Of a stretch of DNA of 64,000 nt, positions 28,001-39,900 are shown in pieces. The notes below the pieces were generated by a model. The model worked only from the letters and a program-made list of their open reading frames with translations, ran no database searches and was not told the DNA's origin. Made by a program: the position numbers and the translations under genes. Each line of letters begins with the position of its first letter. Position 1 is the stretch's first letter. This stretch comes from Eledone cirrhosa. Lineage: Eukaryota. The DNA lies in the NCBI GenBank assembly GCA_964016885.1, contig OZ024755.1:1054001-1118000 (forward strand). Reading direction: 5' to 3'.

Positions 28001-31000
28001 TATATATATATAGATGAAATCGAAATTGCAACTGGAGTCTTTTTAAGAATATATATTTGTTTCCTTTACCAGTTTCACAAACCTCATTTTCTTTTATATA
28101 TATATATACTTTCTCCCTATATATTTATTTCCTGTTTAAGATGAGATGTAATTCTGTATTTATTTCTCACTGTAGTTGAGATGGATGAATCTCTCTCTGC
28201 CATTATTGCGATGTTAAAAGACAGAAATGATTTAAATACAGATGATGCTGATGCTCCTTCATATATTGATGAGGATAACGAGCCAAAAAATAACGAACAT
28301 GGTATTAGGTAAGTTAGCAAGACTTTCATTTACACCGATGTTAATAACTCTAATTTGGATTTTATTAGTTAAAGTTGTTGTGGTTGTTGTTGATGTTGTT
28401 GTTTACTCTCATGCTGGCTAAAGTATCTTCATTCCTTTCATCTTAATTTCTCCTTCTTCATAGTCCCCTACATTAAGTCACTTCACACCTTGTTTGGGAC
28501 TCATGAAAAATTAATGGAATTATGATATAGTAACCCTTTTGATACTAAACCATCTAAAACTACTCCTGGTTCTATGGTACAAAGTTGTTTGTTTTAAAAT
28601 GTTTACATTTATCTAATTATAATTGTAATTTATATATGACAGTAACATATTTATATTTATAGTTGAAAGACTAAACAATATTTACTGTAAAGTTAATTAT
28701 TATTAACATCTGCTGTTTATTCTGTTACAGAGGAACTTCTGACCAAGGAGAGGATGTGTACCTGTTTACATCTTTACCTAAATCAGCTCCCAAGTACAGC
28801 CATTCACCTGTTCAGGAAAACGACAGTGCTGGGGTAAGTCACCACAGATTAGACTATTTTACCTGACAGTACTGGGGTAAGTTACCACAGATTAGACTAT
28901 TTTACCTGACAGTACTGGGGTAAGTTACCACAGATTAGGCTATTTTACCTGATAGTACTGGGGTAAGTTACCACAGATTAGACTATTTTACCTGACAGTG
29001 CTGGGGTAAGTTACCACAGATTAGACTATTTTACCTGACAGTGCTGGGGTAAGTTACCACAGATTAGACTATTTTACCTGACAGTGCTGGGGTAAGTCAC
29101 CACAGATTAGACTATTTTACCTGATAGTACTGGGGTAAGTTACCACAGATTAGACTATTTTACCTGACAGTGCTGGGGTAAGTCACCACAGATTAGACTA
29201 TTTTACCTGACAGTACTGGGGTAAGTTACCACAGATTAGGCTATTTTACCTGATAGTACTGGGGTAAGTTACCACAGATTAGACTATTTTACCTGACAGT
29301 GCTGGGGTAAGTTACCACAGATTAGACTATTTTACCTGACAGTGCTGGGGTAAGTTACCACAGATTAGACTATTTTACCTGACAGTGCTGGGGTAAGTCA
29401 CCACAGATTAGACTATTTTACCTGATAGTACTGGGGTAAGTTACCACAGATTAGACTATTTTACCTGACAGTGCTGGGGTAAGTCACCACAGATTAGACT
29501 ATTTTACCTGATAGTACTGGGGTAAGTTACCACAGATTAGACTATTTTATCTGGAGATTCTAATGGAAGGTAAGGTTCGAAGTTTGTCCTTTTTATCTTC
29601 TACAACTAGCCTAGTGTTCACAGCACTAGTCATCATGCTTGAGGGGAGGGAAAAGTCGATTAAATCAACCCCAGTGTGTTACTGGTACTTCATTTTATCG
29701 ACCCCTGTAAGGATGAAAGGTAAAGGTAATCTTGGTGGGATTTCAACACAGAACGTAAAAGGTTGTAACTCTATGCCACAAAGAATGTTGACCAATGCTC
29801 TACCGATTACTGTCAATCCACTGCCCTAATAATGATAATAATAATTGTTTCTACTCTTGGCACAAGGCCAGCAATTACCCAGTGTATTACTGGTACTTTA
29901 TTTTATCAACCCCGTAAGGATGAAAGGTAAAGTCATCTGAATAATAATATTAATAATGATGATTATTCTAACATGATTAATAAAATGTTTTAATGTTCAT
30001 ATTTTCTTCTGTCTTTGCAGAGAATCCATTCAGGTGGCAAAGTGAAAGGTGGTTTAGGAGATTTGCTATATTCCGCTCGTGGGGCAAAACCTGAAGATGA
30101 TTTTATCTTGAGCGATAGTGACGAAGAAAGAGGAAAAACATGCATGAAATTAGGGAATTCTCGATCTCATACCAGCAGTGCTACTTCGAGTAGAGGTAGT
30201 TCTTGTAAAAGTATTCATGCTGGATCAAATTCAAGGGGTAACATCTTGCTCCCAGAAAAGGGAGACAGCCTTCCTATACATAGCCAGACTTTCCAGCAAT
30301 ATAACTCTGCTTCTAGTAACCAACCTGGAAGTGGTTTTAAGTATAACTCTGCCAATTATATATCTACAACCCCAGCTCAAGAGAAAGATCAACAAAATCA
30401 GTTGTTGTCCAGGTTGAGTCGTAAATCATTACGAGAAGTCAGTTCATCTAAATTAAAGCTGCTCAATGAATCTAAGGAAGTGAGTAACAACTGTTTTTTA
30501 TTATTATCATCATTACCATCACTATCATCTTCATCTTCTTCGCTCACTTATTCCTGAGAGGGCGGTAGGGGGCAGAGTCCTCAAATACTCTCGCCAGCGG
30601 GACCTGTCAGAAGCAACTGTCTCCAACTGATCTGGCTGGATCCCCAAGCGAGACCAGCCAAGCTCATTAATGTCATCCAACCATCTTGCTCAGGGTGGGT
30701 GTACCCCTGGGTCTCCTGCCAGTTGGTTTTGCCCATAAAATCTGTCTAGTGATTCTTTCCTGAGACATTCTAACCACATGTCCATCATCATCGTCGTCAT
30801 CAACAAAAGTGTATCTAGACAGGCAAGGGGGTCGAGAGAAGGAAGGAGTATATTTGGGTGGGTATATATAAATCTGTGTGTATATATATATATAAATCTG
30901 TGTGTATGTATATATATAAATCTGTGTGTATATGTATATATAAATCTGTGTGTATATATATATATAAATCTGTGTGTATGTGTATATATAAATCTGTGTG

Positions 31001-34000
31001 TATATGTATATATAAATCTGTGTGTATATGTATATATAAATCTGTATATATAAATCTGTGTATATGTATATATAAATCTGTGTGTATATGTATATATAAA
31101 TCTGTATATATGTATATATAAATCTGTGTGTATATGTATATATAAATCTGTGTGTATATGTATATATAAATCTGTATATATGTATATATAAATCTGTGTG
31201 TATATATATATATAAATCTGTGTGTATGTGTATATATAAATCTGTGTGTATATGTATATATAAATCTGTGTGTATATGTATATATAAATCTGTATATATA
31301 AATCTGTGTATATGTATATATAAATCTGTGTGTATATGTATATATAAATCTGTATATATGTATATATAAATCTGTGTATATGTATATATAAATCTGTGTG
31401 TATATGTATATATAAATCTGTATATATGTATATATAAATCTGTGTGTATATGTATATATAAATCTGTGTGTATATGTATATATAAATCTGTGTGTATGTG
31501 TATATATAAATCTGTGTATATGTATATATAAATCTGTGTGTATATGTATATATAAATTTGTGTGTATATGTATATATAAATCTGTGTGTATATGTATATA
31601 TAAATCTGTGTGTATATAAATCTGTGTATGTGTATATATAAATCTGTGTATGTTTATATATAAATCTGTATTTGTATCTCTATTTTATTTTAGAAAATCT
31701 ATGACAGTAATAAATACCAAACAAATAATATGAGCACAATGGATTCCTACGAAGAACTTATTTTGGCCAGCATGAAACGGCAACAAGAAGAAGAATATGC
31801 TTTACATCAAAGAGACAGAGATAGGGATCCCAATTTAAATGTGAACCCAATGATTTTGGCCAAACATTTATATGAGGACTCACCAACTACCACAAGTGAT
31901 GATGATACATTTAGCTCCCTTAAAGTTCCAGTAGGTCCTGCTTTCATTTTATTTTTGTTGCCGTTGTTGTCGATGTTGTAGTTGTTGGTGTTGTTTAGTT
32001 ATTGTTGCTGTTGTGGTTGTTGTCGTTGTCCAGAAATTATGTATTTTTTAAAATAAAATCCAAAGTGTATCTTCTGATTTTATATTTCACAGCCTCATGT
32101 GATTGGTGGCCATAACTATAAAGAAGAAATGAAGTATCCCTCGAGACGTAGCACTGATACATTGAGTTCTTCAAATCCTAGGTAATATTATTATTATTAT
32201 TACTAACCACTTTACAGAGTGTACTGGGTGCATTTTATCTATTTGTCTATCTAATACAAGTAAAAAAAAAACATGAAAGAACAGCATTAGAGAATAACAC
32301 AATACAATAACAGTTTGTTAGTTTAATGTTTGTAATGAATGAGTGTCAACGTTTTGGATACTAGTCCTTTATTGGAAAGAGAAACACAGAAAGAGAAGAT
32401 TATTTAGGGGAGGTTAGAAAAGGAAGAGAGAGAATGTGTGTTTCTATAATTATATAAAGTACACAAAATTAAATAATTAATGAGAATTTAAATAAAGGGA
32501 TTGAATATTTCAAATTTCTATTCTATTTTATTGTTTTATCAAATGTATTTCTATTGTACAGAGATTGGACGAATGTGTTTAGTCCACCGATTGTTCTTGC
32601 CAGTGAAATACAGCAAAAAGGACAATTTGATGCTACATTTGCTCACAGAATAGACGAGAAACCTCCACAGTGTAGGTTGCTTTTTTTATAGATAAATAAT
32701 CTTCTCTATTTTCTTTTTTGTTTATTTACATCACTCCCCTCCTCCATCACCTCCCTCACCATCACCCACCACCCCTCACCTTCACACACCACCCCTCACC
32801 ATCACCCACCACCCTCCTCCTCCTATGCCATCATCCACCCCACCACCACTCCCTTATATAGATCTGTGTTTTGGCTTGGTTTTTATGGCTAGAAGCCCTT
32901 CCCAACCACATTACAGAGTGGACTGGGTGTTTTTTATTGTCACACTGAAATGACCTCGTAACAGGGTGGACTGGGGGATATTTATTGTGTCACCAGCCTT
33001 TGTCTTGACAATTTTTTACATTGCTACTACCACCCTTTGTTTGGCAGGTTCTCTATGGCTGGAAGCCCTTCCTATGACTGATCACTTTACAGAGTGAACT
33101 GGGTGTGTTTATTGTGAAGCTCACTAATACTAGGTTGGTTGTCATGCAGTTGACACATCATCATCATCATCATCTTCATCATTTAACATCTATTTCCACA
33201 CTTGCATGGGTTAGACAAGTTGTCACATTATAAGTCAAAATCTGTTTTATGTTTTTCTAATTTACTTTCTTTAATTAAACAAAGAAAGAATTATTTAATG
33301 AAATTATTTCTGTTTAAATATTATTTCTTCCAGGTGTTGATAATTGTTGGTATAATTAGAGACTGTGTCGTTGGTTGCATCAGCAACGCACCAGCACCAC
33401 CACCATCACCCCTGCTTCACCAGTTTCATCATCATCATCGACTTCACCAGTATTTTTATCATCATCATCATCTTCAATGACATCATCAACATCTTCAATG
33501 CTGTCATCATCATCATCATCATCACCATCATCAATATTTATACTGCCAGGCCTATCCCTTGAGTAGGGATCAAATTAGTGTCATTGTATCTGGAGTCTAA
33601 TGTGACCCAGCACTAAACCCAGTGACCCCTTGGTTGATATCATCATTGCTACTACTGTGACCTTACTAATATAAATGACTCTCCCATATTTACTGTCACT
33701 AATAAATCTCTGCCTGTAAGCCATTCACTATTTCTAAATCTGGTATTTTTTCTAAATACACAAATAATTCTAATTTTTATTTTATTTTATTTTATTTCTG
33801 ATGGACTGGAATAATTATATCCTTGTAACTTCAAATTCTGAAATTTTGTAAATCTGAAAATAAAACTAAAACCTGTAAAGCACTGTTTGTTCTCATGACT
33901 GCACATTGCACATATGTTGTTTTATCATCTATTTTCCTTTCCTATGTTAACAGATCAAAGCCAGATGAAATTCCAAAGAAGCAGTAATGGAGTCCATTCT

Positions 34001-34099
34001 AACAATAAATGCAATGAGGAAGAACTTGACTTGTTGTATGACCCTGTTCTAGGTTATTATTTTGACCCCAAGACGAAAAAATATTATGAACTCAGATGA
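22031..34099 (+). CDS. CFAP20DC: CFAP20 domain-containing protein (C3orf67 homolog), 18 coding exons
   Basis: Exons 22031-22051, 22190-22276, 22955-23048, 23433-23505, 23631-23745, 24206-24362, 24864-24946, 25290-25407, 25731-25804, 26894-26939, 27210-27749, 28176-28308, 28731-28833, 30021-30479, 31694-31930, 32093-32181, 32562-32671 and 33954-34099, with consistent phases. N-terminus [20 protein letters not shown]...[13 protein letters not shown]...PLHAKVPL...WINLCVDL...[10 protein letters not shown] (CFA20 domain); IAFGSK; [17 protein letters not shown]; C-terminal [21 protein letters not shown]. Confidence 0.9.
28823..29553 (+). repeat. 43-bp minisatellite, 17 copies, each containing the CFAP20DC exon-13 donor site
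   Basis: Unit acagtgctggg|gtaagt(c/t)accacagattagactattttacctg. The first copy overlaps the last 11 nt of exon 28731-28833. Confidence 0.95.
30858..31670. repeat. Approximately 24-bp AT-rich minisatellite
   Basis: Unit tatatataaatctgtgtgtatatg, with length variants. Confidence 0.9.
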
Positions 34100-35459
34100 T
34101 GTTTGACACTTCTATATAGTAAACGACTTGTCATAATGAAGCACATGTGTGTGTGCATGTGTGTCTGTTATTGTGTGTGCGTGTGTGTCTATTATTGTGT
34201 GCACATTGGCAAACTTTCTCTTTTACAAACGCACACACACATACATACATACAAACACACTTTATTAAACTGTGATTCTATGTTTAACTTATCTGTGATA
34301 TATGATGGTCCCAAGATGTACAAAATATTTTGTATGTCCCTAAGGTACTCAATACATTAGTAGAGTGTAAACATCAAGTTTAATATTGAAATGGCTTTTA
34401 CAGGACTAGAACTGTTTTCCTGATGATTTATTTTGAATTAAACAATTCTAGTCCTGTAGAAGCCATTTCTATATTAAACTTTATATATATATGTAGAAGA
34501 CCTGCCAGATAGTCCTATATGAGTGAGACACGGTCACCCGACCTACCTTGCCTCAAGTGGGACAACTCTCGTCTAACCCATACTTGCGTGGAAGATGGAC
34601 GTTAAACGAAGATGATGATGAAGATGATATTTATATATATATATATATATGCATCCTCAAATTAAAAAAAATATTGTACAGTGATTATATTGGAAAAAAA
34701 ATCTCTGAATTTAATCTAACAAGTAAATTTCAAGTTAATTCTAAATTAGTTCCAATAAAATACAGGAAATATATCGGTGCATTGCACAGTTATCCGTCCA
34801 TTTTCCTCTGTATTCAAAGGTTGGATGTCATCATGGTAAACTTTAATGTGATCCCATCATCCTGTTTTCACTCTCCTCAATATTGTAGCTGCCCAAAACA
34901 TCTCTCTAATCCACTCTCCTCAATATTGTAGCCATCCAACCCATCTCTAATTCACTCTACTCAATATTGTAGCCGTCCAACTCATCTCTAATCCACTCCC
35001 CTCAATATTGTAGCCATCCAACACATCTCTCTAATTCATAATGTATAGAAAGAAGTCTTTTAAGGCTTCCACTGTTCTAAATACAAATCAAGGGAATATT
35101 AATTAAAGTAATAACTTTGTCTTTCATAATTCTCAATATCAATGAAATACCTGCCAGGTGTTGGGTCAGTTTAATGGATAGAGAATTTAATGACAGGGCA
35201 CCATGGATGTAAATAATAAGACAATCTATATGGTGTACTAACAGTTTGCCATCATAAAGAATTAGGTATGAACTGTTTGTTATGTAATTTAATCTTGGAA
35301 GACAATTTATTTCCTTATAAATTAGAAATATTTATTTCAAATTGATTTAGTACAACAACGTTTAGGTCAGTTCTGGGTAAACTGTGACTCGTGAGGCACA
35401 TTGGGCTTTCTCAATGGCACCACTAATTTCAAAATTACCTTGAATTTATTAGCAATGTG

Positions 35460-35620
35460 GCCCACCTTATAATGAGCCACATCCTATGCACCCACCTTAC
35501 AATGAACCACATCCTATGTCACCCACCTTATAATGAGCCACATCCTATGTCACCCACCTTATAATGAGCCACATCCTATGTCACCCAACTTATAATGAGC
35601 CTCATCCTATGTGGCCCACT
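35460..35620. repeat. Approximately 30-bp tandem repeat, about 5 copies; other short arrays at 12520-12632, 24540-24710, 34868-35040 and 37660-37781
   Basis: Unit cccaccttataatgagccacatcctatgtca. Confidence 0.85.
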
Positions 35621-36706
35621 GCTCAAAAAAGGTTGTCCATGCCTGTTTTAGGTGAAGGAACAGTGGGGTTATTATGACATCATGCTTTATAAATACTTGA
35701 CCAAAACGATGTATAATTTTTTAATAAAACAAATTACCATATCATAAACTGATCATTAAATTGTATTGATGTTATTCTATTATTTATTTCTGTTTGGGTA
35801 ACAGAATTGAGACTGACTAGATGTGTTACCATTTCAAAAATTTGTTTCATTTGAAAAAGAAATACATTTTCAAATATATAAGCATGTATTAAGAAATCTT
35901 TTAATAAATTTGGTATGTTTTTTTTTGTTTTTTTTTTTATATCAGAAATCATCTGAGTTGTATAGTTTGAACTTTTGTTCAAGATTAATTTTATGTTAAA
36001 ATGCGTGATTTGTAAATAGAGGAGAAAATAGAAATAAATTTATTTTATAAAAGAAATTATTTTTGTTGAATAAATATTTCTTGATCTCTTTTTTCTTTAT
36101 ACTGAGATTGTCTGCTATTTGATTGTATTTATGAAAATGTTATTTAAAAATATTGTGACTGCCACAACAACAAACATTAAGTCCATCCTGGAAGGTGGTC
36201 ATGTGGGTGATATGACAAAAAGTTTAACTCATGCAAGCATGGAAAAATAGACATTAAACGATGATGATATATATATATATATATATTTATATCATCACTG
36301 TTTAATGTCTATTTTCCATGCTCGCATGGGTTAGGCAGCTTTCACATGCTGAAGCCTGACCGGTCAAGTGACCAGGTCTTACTCATAAGCTTTGTTTTGG
36401 CTTGGTTTCTACATTTGAATGACCATTCTAATGTCAAGCACTTTACAGTGTGTACTAGGAGCATGGTTTCTACAGCTGAATGCCCTTAACACCAACCACA
36501 TTACAGCATATACCAAGACCATGGTTTCTAGAGTTAGATACCTTTCCTAACACAAACCACTTTACAGCGAATACTGGGAGTATTTTATTGTGACTCCTGC
36601 ACCACCACCATACAGGGTGGCCTAGGTGCTTTTCGTTGTGGATGCTCTGTTACTCGAATTGGAACAATCAACCTCGAAGCCGCCGGAAGTCCATTCTGTA
36701 TCTATG

Positions 36707-36890
36707 CACAAGGGTCAGTTGAAAAATTCATATGTTGACTCTCGTGGAATGACCAAATCAGATTTATTTTTCAACATAGTCCCTGGAAAGAAACAATGGA
36801 GTTATTAATAAGAAGAGTTGAAAATTAATGCATGTAAGATTTCACAGCCCTAGCATCACTCCTTCCTAGTCAATCTATGACCTGTTCAGC
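36707..36890. mobile_element. Mariner-type MITE, copy 2
   Basis: cacaagggtcagttgaaaaattcatatgttgac...tttatttttcaacatagtccctggaaag...attaatgcatg.aagatttca.agc.ctagcatcactccttc.tagtca...ctatgacctgttcagc aligns along its length with 18304-18490. Confidence 0.7.
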
Positions 36891-36917
36891 AATAACGGAA
36901 ACAATAATGTTTTGATA

Positions 36918-36930
36918 GTTATCTCCCCTT
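36918..36930 (+). promoter_or_regulatory. Candidate promoter motif GTTATCTCCCCTT, 28 nt before the NBN start codon
   Basis: Similar motifs occur near other gene 5' ends (10570, 18232, 19350, 20415, 53293). Function is inferred from position only. Confidence 0.45.
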
Positions 36931-36957
36931 CTGGCGGCAAATATTTCCTCAGTTGCT

Positions 36958-39900
36958 ATGTCGTGGTTTATAGAAAATCAACAAGATGATACTGGTAAAT
37001 ATATTGATTTTACTTACTAAATCAGTAATAATTTAGACTTTTTAGATATATCATTTTCTGTTGAATATTCTTTCGATATTGAACTACTTGTGTCTTGTTA
37101 AACATTAATATCTTCCAAGTTGTACACAGTCCCACACGGAGATGTTGTTTTCTTTCTCAAACTGTCCAGTTTCCTAATTAATATCTTAGGCACTACCATG
37201 CTATTAGCTGTTGAACCTTGTTTAACTTTTAAATATATATATATACATACATACATATATAACATTACAAATTGCTGACAATTCTTTCAGAATAACACTA
37301 CAAGCACAATGTTGATAAACACCAACAACCATAGTAGTCAGGTCAACACACAACGAGGGTTATGCGAATATTTTTGTGGCAAGCTAACACTGACAGTTTC
37401 TGAAATATTTAATAATTTGTTGTTCACCCCTTCCTTTACATTTTCTTTAATATTGCGACATTAAAAGAATATATCTTTCTGAAAGAATCGCGAGCAAAAA
37501 AAAAACAAAAAAAAACTTAATAATTTTAGACAAAAGCTAATTATTTTATTCACAGTTGTATAAATAACATTACAAATCGTTTGCAATTCTTTCAGAATGA
37601 AAATATAAACAGAGCATATAAATAAAAATCTCTTTTCGTTCCTTGTATTAAATGAAATCCAAAATGGACCTCATTCCTTCCATTATAACTTAGAAATGTC
37701 TTTTACGACAGTTTGTTATTCTGTGACACCAAACTGGACCTCATTCCTTCCATTATAACTTAGAAATGTCTTTTACGACAAATTTGTTTGGCGTTGTGCC
37801 TAAATCAGAAACTATCATCATTATAGAAGGGGTTGGTGGATTGGCAATAATCGGTAGAGCGTTGAACAACATGCTTTGCGGCATATAGTAACGTCCCTTT
37901 ACGTTTTGAGTTCAACTCCTACCGAGGTTAGCTTCATCTTTCATCCTTACGGAGTCAATAAAATATAGTACCAGTTATGTTCTAAGGTCGATTTAATCAA
38001 CTTTCCTCTTTCCCCAAAATTGTTGGCCTTGTGTTTAAATCAGAAACGATTATTATTATAGATGAGCACCAGATATTTGGCTGTGTGGAATATACAATTG
38101 GAAGGCGAGACTGTGACCTCAACATTTCTGAAGACAAGACTGTCAGCAGGAAACATGCAGTTATTACACTTGCTCCAATGGTTTGTAACAATAGGTTTTA
38201 TCCTTAAAGTTAAAGAATATCTCTCTGTTATTGCAGCATTCCTTTTATGGAAACCATAAAGTGAAGTTTTGTGGCTGAAGACATTTAGTATATACACAAC
38301 ACAGTTATATACAGAAGACATTAATATACACATATTTATATATATATATATATGGGATAACAAGTAATACCTGAAATAAAGCCCCATGTTGTACAGCCAA
38401 CCATGTTACTTTTTATTCTTTCACTATATATATATATATGTATGTATGTATATGTGTGTGTACATAAGCGAGACACAGATCCCTGGCCTGTCTGGGGGGT
38501 CAGTATCCCTGCTTCAGTACTGACTTGGTCTCTGTAGACCTGTCCAACCCTTGCTAGCAGGGAAAGCAGACCTTAAAACGATGATGATGATACATATGTA
38601 TGTGAAAAGTAAACAAAAAACACAACAGACAAAGTACAATGAAGATACATATTGGTTTCACGGTTATATGTGTATACATATATATATAGTAATAATAATA
38701 AATATGAAGATTAAAATTCGAAGAGGGCTTGATAAGGATAATATATATATATCAAATATATAAAAACCATAGGGCAAATATTTATTAAAATAACAGATTA
38801 AAGTTTAAGCAAAGAATTGGTGCTTTCACCCTTAACGGGATCTTCCAGTTTCAGAAGATCCCGTTAAGAGTGAAAGCACCAATTCTTTGCTTAAACTTTA
38901 ATCTGTTATTTTAATAAATATAATATATATATATATATATACATACACACACACTCAGACTCAGACTCAGAAGCTCCCGCGTCTTGCGACACATGAGGCA
39001 ATCATAGTGTTCCACCGCGTTCGGTCAGCAGCCAGTTGCACAGCGTCCCGCCATTGTCTGTTTGTCGCTCGCAGGTCCCTCTCAACTGTCTGGCGCCAGT
39101 TCATTTTGGGTCGCCCTCTCCGTCTGCCTCCCTGTGGGTTCCATTTAAGTACTTGGTTCGCCAATCTCTCCGGAGGAAGTCTCAAAGCGTGCCCAAACCA
39201 GCCCAGGCATCGCTTGCAGATGGCAGAAGAGACCAGCTGCTGGTTGGTGCGGTTCCTGACTTCCTGGTTTGTTACATGGTCACTCCATTTAATCCCCAGG
39301 ATCTTTCGCAGACACCTGGAATCGAATGCGTCCAACTTCTTCTCTTGGCTGGTCTTAAGGTGCCATGTTTCACTTCCGTACAAGAGTGTGGACAGCACGT
39401 TGCTGTTGTAGAATCTTATCTTTGTTTTGAGGGAGAACTTCCTGCTCTTCCAGATCTTGACAAGCTGGTTAAATGCTGCTGAAGCCTTTCCCATTCCACA
39501 TTGCAATTCACTGTCCATGGCGCCCCCATTGTCAATGGAGCTTCCTAGGTAGGTGAAGTTGTCCACTATCTCCACCTCCCCCTGTTCAATGAAAACACTA
39601 GTTGGTGATGGGTGTGTCCCAGATAACATGCTTTTGGTCTTCTTAGCACTGATATTGAGACCTAAGCTTCCTGCTTCGACATTGATATTGTTCATAATGA
39701 TTTGCATTGCAGGTCAGCTGTGCTCTCTGCAAGTGCAACAATATCGTCCGCAAAGTCCATCTGAAGCATGGTAGACCGGGAACTGCAAGAACACACACAC
39801 ACGTGCATTAAAATGGTTTCTGTCACAAAAGTAACTATGTTTTTATCAATTATATATTGCAGAAGATTCCATACTCCAAGTCTACCCTGAGTCTTCGAGA

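Noticed and set aside
28823-29553. Regularly spaced repeats resembling a CRISPR array (also 6956-7419, 40367-41082 and 50293-51747)
   Set aside because: There are no unique spacers and no cas genes, and the context is eukaryotic intronic or intergenic DNA.
30778-31121. Cys/Tyr/Ile-rich ORFs
   Set aside because: They are translations of the 24-bp TA/TG-rich minisatellite.
32340-32380. Hammerhead-like remnant on the minus strand (ccaataaaggactagtatccaaaacgttgac)
   Set aside because: Both catalytic boxes (CUGANGA and GAAA) are mutated; at most a decayed Penelope-like end.
37828-37925. tRNA-like A/B boxes at many SINE heads
   Set aside because: They do not form complete cloverleaves and continue directly into SINE core sequence.
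39007-39774. Plus-strand ORFs of 134, 148 and 73 aa
   Set aside because: They are antisense shadows of the GC-rich RTE LINE ORF.
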